Source: Paraspadella gotoi (taxonomy: Eukaryota > Animalia > Chaetognatha). From it: 64,000 nt of DNA. The position numbers and the translations under genes were made by a program. Location: assembly GCA_051294375.1 (NCBI GenBank), contig CM119266.1:23384413-23448412 (forward strand), given 5' to 3'. Below are positions 1-12,912 of the stretch, one piece after another. The notes under the pieces were generated by a model. It made no database searches. It was not told the origin of the DNA and saw only the letters and a program-made list of their open reading frames with translations. Each line of letters begins with the position of its first letter. The first letter of the stretch is position 1.

Positions 1-98
1 ATTCGTCGTCGATGGCGTCGACTCGTCACGTGACTCGATTCTCCGTCGCCAAAATCCAACGTTTTTCCATTTATCGTCTCATTAAACCCGGCACCGCC

Positions 99-205
<107 letters not shown>

Positions 206-440
206 CTCTTTTAAAGACAAGAAAAATAATATTGGTTGTACCAATTTCATAAAGAGAAAAAGAAAAAAAGTAAAAATTTAAAAGAAATTAGAAAGAAATA
301 TTTGAAAAATAGGAAAATTAATTAATCAATTAATTCATTTTTTAATTAAAAGATAATTAAAGGCTAAATATTCATAATACTATTTAAATATAAGATAATA
401 ATTCAATAGTTACGTTTCTTTTTTAATTTTTTATTGATAA

Positions 441-497
<57 letters not shown>

Positions 498-724
498 TAA
501 TTTAGGTTATATCATATGCTGAAAATGATTTTAGTGTTTCTTCACTTGTCACATAACTATGAATTGAGTCATCACGCGAGAGACGTTTTCGGATGACGTT
601 GGATGAGACGCGACCGAAGAAGAAAAAAAGTAAAACGACGGGAGACTTTTTTCTCCTCTTCGCCGGATTAATAATTAGACCAAACACATTGTCCACTTTA
701 AAACACAGTAACTTAACAGTATTG

Positions 725-868
725 TCAGGATTCTTTGAACGAGTTTTCGACAATTCTTGAAAATATAAGACTGGACTCGTGGTTCCCCATTTTCACGGAG
801 GCTCTTAAAATGTCACCGTCGACGACGAATTCCACTCTGGTGTCACGAAGGTTGTTTTCTGGATCCGC
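725..868 (-). CDS. FABP/iLBP-like gene, terminal exon 4
   Basis: Acceptor CTTCAAG|; ADPENNLRDTRVEFVVDGDILRASVKMGNHESSLIFSRIVENSFKES* aligns by eye with the last three FABP strands; TGA at 727-725. Spliced total 293 aa. Confidence 0.8.
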   Translation of the reverse strand, partial: ADPENNLRDTRVEFVVDGDILRASVKMGNHESSLIFSRIVENSFKES

Positions 869-1127
869 CTTGAAGATTTGTTAAAAGGAAAGGCTTTTTC
901 GGTCATCTCTTTTTTTTAGTTTTTTTTTTTTTTAATTTTCTTATTTTTTTTTAGTTTAGTTTATTTAGGTTTTTTGTATTTTTACTTTTTTTAAATTTTA
1001 AATTTTTAAAAAAAATTTTTAATTTTTTTTTTTAGTTTTTAGCTTTTTAGTTTTGTTAATTTTGTATTTTTTTTTTTTTTTAATTTTTGTTAGTTTTTAT
1101 ATTTTTTAGCTTTGCTTTAGTTTTCAC

Positions 1128-1229
1128 CATTCGAAAAACCATCTTGTTGCCCTCAAAAGTTGTAGTCGTGCGAACGACTCGATTTGCCAACGTCTTTTGC
1201 ACATGTTCCTCTCCCAACCGGAAATAGTC
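1128..1229 (-). CDS. FABP/iLBP-like gene, exon 3
   Basis: Polypyrimidine tract plus TAG acceptor; 34 codons DYFRLGEEHVQKTLANRVVRTTTTFEGNKMVFRM, resembling the FABP segment F-x-LGEEF-x3-T-x-DGR-x-VK-x6-G-x-KL; donor ATG|GTGAAA, phase 0. Not in the ORF track. Confidence 0.85.
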
Positions 1230-1343
1230 CTAGTGAAAGATAGAAGAAAAAAAAATCGCCACCCAGCAGCCCCACTAATTAAAAAAAAAAATTCTTTCCA
1301 AGTGGCCACTCCACTCGCACGGCATCCTTTTTCTCTCTCTCAC

Positions 1344-1670
1344 CGTCTGACGCCCGAGGGTGCAACAGTTCTCAATCATCCAGACGTGGTCATTCTCTTC
1401 GATGGTCATGATGTCATCCAAGACGATGGGGTTTTTATTTTGCAACAATCGCAAATGCTCTTCGAAGCCCTTCTGGTGCACCAACTGCCAGATTCCCTTG
1501 ACTCCGGAGACGATTGGCTGCGTGGAAGGGAAGCCGATGAAGGGCGATGGCGTCGCAGCTTCGACGCCGGCGCAGGATCCCAACCCGAGAAGATCTGTCT
1601 TCGTCGGGGATTGAACGGAACGCCCGAGTTCCGTGTGGATGGAGCCCGAGGAATAGGAGCCAGCGTTGAG
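1344..1670 (-). CDS. FABP/iLBP-like gene, exon 2 (start of the lipid-binding beta-barrel)
   Basis: Acceptor ACAACAG| with a CTAAC branch-like motif upstream; 109 codons LNAGSY...VKGIWQLVHQKGFEEHLRLLQ...MTIEENDHVWMIENCCTLGRQT, matching the iLBP N-terminal GxWxLxxxxxFxxxL signature; donor ACG|GTGAGA, phase 0. Confidence 0.85.
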
Positions 1671-1760
1671 CTGTTGTGACGGGAATTCTCAGGTTTAGTG
1701 TTAGTGTTTAGTGTTTTAAGTTGAATTGGTTGTGAGAAGAATTTTTGCGGACTCGAGCAT

Positions 1761-1846
1761 GATTTTATATCCAATTTTATGATTTGATATCCAATTTTAT
1801 GATTTGATATCCAATTTTATGATTTTATATCCAATTTTATGATTTT
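1761..1846. repeat. 20-bp minisatellite GATTT(T/G)ATATCCAATTTTAT, about 4.3 copies, in intron 1 of the FABP-like gene
   Basis: Directly visible tandem units. Confidence 0.9.
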
Positions 1847-1908
1847 TTTTTTAGAAAAAAACATATTTTTTCTTTTTCCATAAATTTTTTTTTCTATTGT
1901 GCACGTAC

Positions 1909-2217
1909 CACGTCGCTCGGTTTCCAATCGTCCATGGTTCGATGTTCCGACTCTGACCAATTCCGGATGTCAGAACACAGGTCCGACCGTTCCGCGAGGT
2001 AATTGACCAAGGGCTCGCGGTCCAGCGTGAGAGTTTTGCGCTCATCACTGGTGATTGCACGCGTGATCGATTCCGATGACAAGGGCGAATTTTTTTCGGA
2101 GTTGTCGGATCCCTTCGGCCGCTTCGACGGCTCCGTTTTTGAAGTGGAGTTCTCGGAAGGATCGTTTTTGGAAATCCCGTTTTTGGAAGCGTCACATGGT
2201 TGAGATTCAGAAGACAT
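1909..2217 (-). CDS. FABP/iLBP-like gene, coding exon 1 (low-complexity Ser/Lys/Glu-rich N-terminal extension)
   Basis: ATG at 2217 after an A-rich context; 103 open codons (MSSESQPC...WKPSDV); phase-0 donor GTG|GTACGT at 1908 joins in frame to the acceptor at 1670. Additional upstream exons cannot be excluded. Confidence 0.7.
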
Positions 2218-2787
2218 TTTTATTTAAAAATATATACAGAATTTAAAAGAAGTTGATAATAGTAGAGTCGAAATGTAATAACTTATTCTATCGTATTCAT
2301 CGCCATATAATTTAGCCGTCAGCAAATTAAAGCATTACTTCTTTACGCTCTTTTTTTTAATTCTTCTTAATTTTCATCCATTAATAGCAACCTTTTGATC
2401 CGAACCCGAGCTGAGCATTTTTTTTTTCGTGAAGAGAAAAATAATAAAAATACTAAATTGAGAAAAATAGAGAAAATTGTCTGAGAGAGAATAAGAGACG
2501 GAAGGAAAGTCACCGACGACTTTTGACCTTTTAGGTCCTGAGAAACTCCTTTATGTATTTGAAATTCTTTATAATGTAATATTTTGGACCAAATCAAATA
2601 ATTGGATTTCAAGAAACTTAAATTACTAGTATATTTTCATGATTAAAGTTTAATGCAGTATTGATCCGTGTCCTTTTTTCTTCCTTGCCATGTCTCAGAC
2701 TTCTTTACTCTCTTTTTGAGAAAAAAACTTCTCCAATATTGCAAGCCCAAAATATTTTCTCTGTTTGATCTCAGTTTTTCTGGCTGC

Positions 2788-2894
<107 letters not shown>

Positions 2895-3183
2895 CTCTAG
2901 CCCCATTCTCCTTTTTTATCTTGTGTTGTGCCTCATTCGTCTCAACAGACGTAAAGTCTCGGTTCTGTTTTCATCTTCTCCCATTCATTCCATATCCTAT
3001 TTCACACTGTCTCGGTCGGGGAATCTCTCTCGCTATTCCTCTCTGTCTCTATCCTTCACTCCTGCTCCAACCCTTTCCTCTCCCACTCGCTCGTTCTGCT
3101 CCATTAGCTCCACCTTTCATTACTCCTCTCTCTGGCGCAGCGACATTCCCAAGAAGGCTCCATCGACTTGCCCCCTAACGATC

Positions 3184-3268
<85 letters not shown>

Positions 3269-3656
3269 CTCTATCCCAGTCCCCTGGCGCGGGGAATCGA
3301 AATTAGAGTCCCTCGCGTCCTGCGTCGTCGTCGTCGTCGTCGTCAGTATCTCGTCTCTCTACTCATAAGTAATAAACCTTATGGAGATTCGATGAGAATC
3401 GGGGCGACGGCGAGTCGACGAGCGAAGGGAAAAAAAGGGAACCAAAAAAAATGGAAGCGGGGAAAATGGACGAAGGAAAAATGGAAAGAGAAATGAAAGC
3501 CGCGGAAATAAATACGAAAATAAGAAAAACACAAAAGTATTACTGTAGTCGTAGGAGAGATTAACCGGCTATTTTTTTTAGAAATAGTAGTTTTTGAGAA
3601 ATGTAGTTAATAAAACCATAAAAAACCGTTGAACCTTGCACATCTTCTCAGGCCTA

Positions 3657-3741
3657 GGAAAAAGGGAAAAAGGGAAAAAGGGAAAAAGGGAAAAAGGGAA
3701 AAAGGGAAAAGAGAAAATAGAAAAAGGGAAAAAGGGAAAAA
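3657..3741. repeat. (GGAAAAAG)n 8-bp tandem repeat
   Basis: Directly visible, with one interruption. Confidence 0.85.
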
Positions 3742-6232
3742 GAATGGTTCAAAGGAAAACGAAAAAAAAAAGAAAAAAGAAAACACGAAAAAAAAAAAAC
3801 GAAAGAAAAAAATGAGAGAAATCTAATCTGGAATTCCACGCCCCTGACGATTCCAGAAGAATTTTTCGTTTTCGCCTTTTGTCTGAGAAGAGAATTCGGT
3901 GCTGATTGAGGGGAGTGGAGCTGGAGGTGGAGCGGAATTAGAGTGTGGGAAGTGGAGCTGGAGAGTTTGGTGGAGCGAAAGGGGGAAGGGAAGGAGGGTG
4001 GGCGGGTGAAGTAAGGATTAAAGAGAAATGGACGATGAGAAAGTCAATTTGCAGATGGAAGTTGAATTGAATTTGTTGAGTGATTATCAAAAAAGAAAAA
4101 AAATTGTAGGAGAAAAATGACTGTAAAAGTCCGAGACATGAAAGTTAAGAAATATAATAATTTAAGAATCTGTATTATATTTATCAACAGATAATCATTT
4201 CAGCGTACCTGCTTTCTCCTCATAAAATAGCTGAAGGAGGAGGTATAAAAAGAATGAAAGGCGTCGTACAGACGGTTTGAAAAAGTCATTCAAAGGAAGG
4301 GGATATTCTGTACTTTCGTAATTTAATAATTATTTTCTAATAATTGATATTTAGCGATTTATCGAAAAGGTTTTTTCACATTTTTTGGTAATATTATTTT
4401 GACTACGTCATTTTTTTGTTTTTCTTCAACTAAAATAAAAAAATAAACGAAAAAACACGTAAAACCATTTGATGAAATTACTAACGATCTTAGATCCTAC
4501 GACCTTTTGCGTTCCCCCCCCCCCAAAAAAAAAGTCGCTTTCGAGGTTCAAAGGTCCAACTAATTTTATTCATTCATTTTTTTTCTTCCTTCCTTACCAT
4601 CATCATGAGTAAGGAGAAAAAATAAGGTAAAGCTAAGGAACATTCTCTTTTGCCTTTTCATCATTTCCCCTTAACGATCCTGTATCATCAACAAATTCCA
4701 TTGTCGTCCGAGTTTTTCGCATTAGCCTCGGCCGTTCTCGGTTCTGAGATGCTTCGTTCGGGAGACTTGGGGAAAGAGTGAAGATCTAAAATGAACGTGG
4801 CGACGTAATCGGTGATTGCTTAAAATAAACTTTGTATATTTTGTTTTATAAAATTCTGCGAGGATAAGTATAGTTGTTAATTTATGGTAGTTTTATTGAA
4901 GTTTGTCTAAGGCTGCGTTTAATTTCCTTTCAATTATCAGTAACTTTGTAGTTTTTCAGAAAAATCATTTTGGCCAAAGTTAATTTAAATTTAAATTTAT
5001 TAGGCATTGGTCTTCCTTCGTCATGTCAAGCAAAGACAAATTAAATTATTTTCAACAACTTCATTTGTTGATTTAAACTTTTAATGCCAGTTTTTGGAGA
5101 ATAAACACTTTGTTTTGCGTCAGATCTTTACCTACAACGAAGCCCCTAGTAAATGTAAGCTATTAGAAGGTAATTGGCGTGGAGTCTAAGTGTCTTAATC
5201 GAGAGTTAACATTAATAACTGTCACATTCGTCAGAAGTAGCGTAAAGACAATTTGGTTTTTCGTTCCCAGCACTGCAAACTCGAAATTTCCGGCGAAGCT
5301 CGGCAGTGTCGCGCCCCGATACGTCAAAAGGGGTGCTAGGGTGTAACAGATTGTGCGGAGGCGTGATTAAGGGGTGGCGTCGAATAGGGTGGCGTGGGGC
5401 GCAGCCTCGGCGGAGTAGATGGAGTGACGCCGACGATGTCGCGGGACCGAGAATCATTAGCGGCGTTTCGCAGCAACTAGACAATGATATGATGGATTCT
5501 CTCAATCGTTTTTTTCGACGACTGTAACGTCTCGCTCGCTGCTCCGCCGCCGCGCCGACCGCCTGCCGCCAGCCGCCGCGCCGCCCCCCGTGGCACCGAA
5601 ACCCACCCCCGCCATCTGGCGTCCCGTCGAGATGTGAGGAGTTAAGTGGATGGCGGAGCCTCAGAAGCCGCCAGGGGCCGCGGCGCCAAATTGAGACCGG
5701 ATTCTCGATAGCAATTTTTTTTTTCTTAAATTAAAAATCTTTTCTTTATTAAAATTATATGAACTTTTTTCTTTACCACTCTTCAAAAAAAACAAACGAA
5801 AAAACTGGATACACTTAAAGCTTCCAACGGATACGGATCTGAATTATGTAGATCGAATTACAGCATTAAATATAATCCCATTTCCGTGAGTTTTCGTTGT
5901 TAATATTTTTATGGCCAGGATTATGTTTTCATTTAAAAACAGTTTTTAAAAAATTACTCATACTTACAGCAGTTTTTTTTAGTACTCCCTATTATCTACT
6001 ATCAAAGAAATATAAACGGACTGTAGAATATACAGTGTAGATGTTCCTTAACATTTTTTCTATATATGCTAACATGTTTCAGTAAAAAAAACTTTTTTAG
6101 GTACCTTTACGTTAAACTTACTTCGATCTTACTATCTCATATAAACATAATTTTGTCACCGACTCGGCATCAGCTAGCGAACTTCAAAGACGACCTGAGA
6201 CAGGGTCCAAAGGTCAGGAGTATGGCATTTTC

Positions 6233-6311
<79 letters not shown>

Positions 6312-7426
6312 ATGATTCCCAGTCGCTTTTGATTAATGTCTTTTTTCGGGCCGGTCGGGCTGCAGGTTCATACTCAGCTCAACTCTCTCAACCTTTTATC
6401 TTTCGGGTTTTTTTTTTTTTCACTTTGAGGTAAGAAAAAAAAAGTAGACTTTTTTGTCGTTACATGAGATCAGTCTTAGTTCATGATTTATTTCCGGTTT
6501 CTTAAAAGTTTTAAGCTACGCAGATAGATTTCTTTTTTTAAAATTCCTGTTTGTCAAGATATGATACAAATAATAAGAAGAAAGAGAGAGAGCTATACAA
6601 ACATTGTTATTTTTATAGTAATACCTCGATCGCAAGGGGTGATAGTGGGTACGTGACGGTTGGACAAAGAATTCGAACACGTAGTAATAATTATCATGAT
6701 AATAATAATTAAGATAACAGGATAATTGCGTATATGTATCGTACATTAAAGCATGCATACGTATTATTTTTTTTTGTTTGGCAATAAAATGACTATGACC
6801 ACTGAGACACACGAAACATGAACGGGTTAAAAAAAAAAAATTCTCCTTTTGAATTCGCATTTTCGTAATTCGTCGAGTTAATGGATCTTTTATTAACAAA
6901 ACGCGAATTTCATTTTGTCGAACAGATATTTTTAACAGTATAGAAAACATTTACAAAAAAAAAAGTCATCAATATATGTACCCTGGTCGGAGACTTGTGG
7001 TTTCCGTTGATTGGTTGATGCGTAGTAAAAATTAGCCAATCAGCTTTTTTTTATTTTTACAGTTTTTGTTAGTTACACAATTCGATAGGGGGTAAAGTAT
7101 TAATTAGTCGAACTAAAGATATATTGAAATGACTAGAACTTAAGCGAAGAAGAAAGAGAACTAAATTCCTTTTTCACGCCAGAACTTATGAGTTTAAATC
7201 GTTATATAATATGTTTTTAAGTCGGTTATATTTTTTTATTCTTTTTATTCTTCTTTTGGAAAACCGTCCGCTTCTTACAAAAGGTCGTTTTACGCTCAAA
7301 CTCTTTGCAAAGACCGGAACCCATTAATCTTACATTCTCTTTCCTTCCTTTCTTTTATTTATTTTCTACTTTTTTTTCTCAAACGTCGAGATTTTTTCAA
7401 AGGGCAAAGCGGGAGAGAAAGAGAAT

Positions 7427-7542
<116 letters not shown>

Positions 7543-7829
7543 GAGAAAGATAGAGATCCTTCACGACGTGGCCACAAAATTGATGATAGGGATGAGTCTG
7601 ACCCAATTATGAGAATCGCAGAGAATGAGCGAGTTTTTGAAAAACTAACATGTTTACAAAATTTGACGGGAGAAAAAGAGGAGGGGGAGAGACTGAGATA
7701 GTGATACGATTGAAGAGTTAAAGAGAGGTAGAGGAGAGAGGGGAGAAGAGAGGGGAAGGAATGACGCGCGGGACTTTTTGAAGCTGAATGAAAAATGAAA
7801 GTAGGGGCGGCTTTGCCAACGGCGGCCGA

Positions 7830-7939
<110 letters not shown>

Positions 7940-8292
7940 CAAAAGGTTCGCTCGAAAAGAGAAGAGAAATATGGGCGGAGGTCTTTTGAGGTCTCAGCAA
8001 CGGGGTATCTCTTTCAAAAATAATTTTTAACATTTTGAATTTTAACCTAAAACAGTTCATCAAACAGGAAATCCCTTGACATTCAAAATTGAAGAGAGAA
8101 GAAACATCTAAACGAGAAAGCATTTTATCAGATCGTCAGTCAGCCCATTAAGAAGCCCTGGCGTAATCAACTTTTTTAAGACGCAATCGACAAAAAATAT
8201 AATAAAAAAAAATTAATTAAAAGCCAAAGAAAGTTGTCTTACTAGAGATAACGAATGGAATCTGAACCTCCAACGCATACCACCTTAATTTA

Positions 8293-8427
<135 letters not shown>

Positions 8428-11400
8428 CCGAACAAAACCGGGTGGGTGAATTCTAATACGACTTTCCAAGCAAAAATTGTATGCAAGAAATTGGGAATCG
8501 AGCCAAGAAAAATAAAAGGAAAATTAGAATAAAATTCAAAAGGAAACATGAACCCAAAAATTGGAGGAGTGCATTGCATTAACGAGCTGTGAGGGTTCAT
8601 CAGGAAAAGTACGTCCAACGCACAAGGAGGAATTCATTTGCAATACTGATCGCCTTCTCTCACATTTTCCCTTTCGCTTTTTCCAATTCTTTCACAAAAC
8701 GAGTCCCCGCTCTCTCGCAGCAGCAAAAAAAAAGGACAGTTTATATCCTCTTATTTCCTCGAGCTCGGTTTTCCGCTTTGCCCGCTGTTATTTATTTATT
8801 TTTCCCTGCTTTTTCCAGATAAGCTTTGTCCTTTCGGCAGAACAAGTTTCTTTTTTTGTTGTTTTTTTTTCTGGTTTTTTTCTTTATCCTTTCTCTCTCG
8901 CAGGCTTTTTCGCGCCGTTGCAATCCCCGTGCTCGCTCGAGCTGGGAACCAACGTTGATGTGATAAACTATGAAAAATCGTCGTCGTTGTTGTCGTCGTT
9001 CTCGTCGTCGTCGTCGTCGCCGAAGAGAGGGAAAACAAAGATGGAGTGCCGCCGCCGCGGCTGATCGGCGGGGAATACTGCCGCGGAGGCAGCTGCAGCG
9101 AAAAACCGCGTTTTTCTTTTCCCTTTCCTGCTATTGCCGAGAGGAACCAAAAAACTGCAGCCGAAATAAAAAAAGATAAGAAAAAAAAAAATAAGGAAGC
9201 TTAGGCTGAGAATCTTTGGAAAGATTGAATTCTCGATGATGTACTACTTCCTTATTGCAGATTTTTTAAGTTTTTTAAAAAAAAATTAAACTAATTATAA
9301 TATTAATTTTTCTTCCATACATTCTGATAAATATGGCGTGTTAAAGCTAAAAAAGAAAATTAAAAAAACTGAAGTGAAAATAAAATATAGACATACATTT
9401 ATCTTCCTACATTTAGGCAAAGGGAAACAAAAAGAAAACAGAGGCGCAAAGGCGGGTATACGGCGAACCATAACTTATAATAAACTAGAAGCAACTTAAA
9501 CGAAACAAAACACAATGAATTGAAAACAACAAAACGTAAGCGAGAGCGTATTAGGGGCGAAAACGAAAAGAAATGTTAATTTTCACGAACGAACATACGA
9601 TTACGAACTTATATATTTTTTTTTCAGACGAATGAGGTAAAGTGTACAAAGGAAAAATGGCGAAATGGATTTTTTTTTTTTCATTTTCAAATGGCGAAAT
9701 GGCAAATCGTGTAGAAACCGTGTAATGCCTTGCAAAAAATTGGGTCAGAAAAATAGACAGTAGCGTAATAATAAAAAGGATTGCGAAGGTGCAGATGGTG
9801 ATGTGAAATAATAATTATAATTATAATAGCATTCTCGTAGGGCGGGTGAGTGTTGTTTGTAAACAAACATTCCAGGTTCCCGCTGGAAACTTAAAGTTTG
9901 CAAAATTTTTTATTCATTCACGTTTTTTACTAATAAATCCTAGTTTCCATCGGGTCCCTTTTTTAAGTTGCGCAAAGTAAGGGTATTTTCCTTGTTTTTT
10001 GACTCTGTCGGTGTATAAAGATTATAAGTATTACCCTGTGACAGCAAAGATGGTTTTAGGTTCAGCTACCGACTCGCATAGTTTGACAAATATTCGATTT
10101 TTTAAAATTTGTAAACATTTATGAAATATTAAATAATCCACGCTCGGGCTAAATAACGGATGAACAGTATGAAAAAAAAAATTAAATCCATGATTTACCG
10201 GCATTTAAGGAAGGATTCATCTTTTACTCTTCACACAAAAACCCCATTCAAAGTGTCTTTTTCAGTAGCCGTAAATTATACACTGATCGGAGCAATAATT
10301 CTCAACATAACAACAATCACCAATTAATCTTTGTTATTACTTAAAATATAATATCTAGCATTTTTGTGGTTGTCTTGAGTTAAAGCTAAACACAAAAAAA
10401 AATAGAAAACAATTTCTCAAACTTAATGACATATAAGCTTTAAATGCTACGATGAAATGACAATCGGGGATATAATTATCATTAATTCTAGTTTCAGCGT
10501 TGCAACCAATCCGTGGTTCGTTGAGAGGGGGAAGCGAATCTTGACTAGCTTGATTTTCTCCTGTCTCTGTCTCAGAAAAAAACAAAAAAACAAGGGAATT
10601 CTATGGGGAGAAATTGGGAGGGGGATTCATTCTACGCTGGTTAATCTGGCCGAACGGAAGACCTCAGACAATTCGTGTTCATTTTCTGACGCAATGAAAT
10701 AAAATGTCATATTTACCGTTCGCTTAAAAAAAGAAAAGGAGGAAGGAAAAGCGGCGGCCATCTTTCATCTCTCTCTTTTTTTTCACCTCTTAAGCTTTCT
10801 TCTCGCGAAATCCGCGTAGGTGCCGTTCAATAAATATAAAGAGAAAAAAAAGTGCCGCTCTCGCGAGCTCCGTAGAGACGGGAGGAGAGGGACGAAAGGC
10901 CCGCTCTTCCTCTTCCTCCTTCCCTCAAAAGCGAATGGACTTTTCCTCATCTTCGGAGCTACCGTTCGACCATCGTCGCTACCTTACGTCTTAATGTACG
11001 TCATCGTCGCCGTAATCGTCGCGATGGTCGTCGTCGTCCCTGTCGTTTTTCCTTATTTCCAGCCATCGATATCTTTCTCTCTCTCTCTCTTCGAGAGCGA
11101 AGGAAAGGCAGCTGCAACCGCTGCTCCGAGTGAAGGACGGTTGTCCGCGGCTGGTCCGGGCGACGGCGTCGCTGCCGCAGCTGCAGCCATTTTTTTTTGC
11201 AGCTGCACCGCTGCACTTTGGGCGCGCTGCGCGACGTCGTCGTTGATCGGGACACGAGAAGAAAATCAACAGAAGAACATCGGTTAACTGGGAGTAATAT
11301 TTAAATAAATTCTCGTCCGGGGTAAGGACGATAGGCGTCAGATATATTTAAGTGGCGAGGGTTTGGAAAGGAGACAGAGATAGAGATAATTTTTCATTTT

Positions 11401-11524
11401 TGTTGTGGTTTTAGAGTTTATTTTCGCGTAGGGCCGTTTTAAAAAAAATTGCAATATTTCCAGTGTTTTTTTGTTTTTTTTATTCATTTTTTGTATTTTT
11501 AATTTGACGTCGTTTTTGATCCCC

Positions 11525-11768
11525 TCAGTACGGAGCGCATTGAGTCGGTTGGCCTCCGAAGAACTGTTGTTGGAACTGATGGTAGTGATGGTTGGGGAAG
11601 TTGTTGGCGAAGGGATGATTGAGGGCGGCGGGGTGGTTTGGCGGGGGTCCGAACATCGGGCCCATGCCTCCGGGACGCCAGTGACAGTTTAAGAAGTTGC
11701 CTTCTTTAAATTCTGGTTTTGCGTCATTAATGGATTTCAAATTGTTCTCTTTTTTCCATTTCATACGC
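11525..11768 (-). CDS. Hox6: Central Hox gene (Hox6/Lox5 group), exon 3: end of the homeodomain, KSIND motif and C-terminal tail
   Basis: Pyrimidine-rich acceptor TCTATCAG|G; reads (R)RMKWKKENNLKSINDAKPEFKEG...QCAPY*; phase 2 matches the exon 2 donor. Confidence 0.95.
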
Positions 11769-11878
11769 CTGATAGAAGGGGAGAGGCGGGAAGGGGAAGG
11801 GGAGAAGATATTGAGGAATTTGAGTTTGAAATTTTCGGTCGTAGTCATTTATAAAATTAGTCAATATGTTGTACGTTA

Positions 11879-12142
<264 letters not shown>

Positions 12143-12607
12143 CTACAATACCAAAAATTTATGTAAAAATCATTATTGACGTACTACGGATCACAATTTT
12201 CGGTACAAATCTTTATAATTTTGGTCATTGTAAAAACACGATTTCCAATTTTGCAAAGTGACACAATGCAAGTTTTTTCAAACTTTTTAATTGTTTGTGT
12301 TGATTAAATTAGCCTTAATCTTTGGCGATATCGTAAATCTCAGAAAAAAATTTTTGACTCATATGTACTTAAATCTGAATACAAAAAAGTTCTCCAAAAG
12401 ATATTTTATACTCGATGTCTACATGATATCTGATAAAAAAGGTGACTAATGTTCCCCTTTAGAGGCGACTTATTCTATCCTATTAAAATCCTATGAGAGG
12501 AAAACACGGAATCTCAACCAAGTCTTCATTTTTCTTCCATCTCTCCATCTTTCGTCGTCTTTCAACGGATCATCGAAATTCGAACTTGATAAAGTGAGGA
12601 GAGAGAG

Positions 12608-12712
<105 letters not shown>

Positions 12713-12879
12713 TTCTCTTTGTTTTTAACCCTTCACTTCCTTTTTCATCCTTCGTTTAAAAATTTGCGTCGGTTAAAAGTCCATTCCTGGTTTTTCTTCT
12801 CTCTCTTCGTAATTGCCCTTCGACAAAAAAAAAAAGAGACAAACGAGAGATACGCTGCTTCTTTTAGCATCTCTCTCTT

Positions 12880-12912
<33 letters not shown>

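Noticed and set aside
1761-1846. CRISPR-like appearance of short tandem repeats (also the 21-bp array at about 42511-42680)
   Set aside because: No unique spacers, no cas genes, and the context is eukaryotic.
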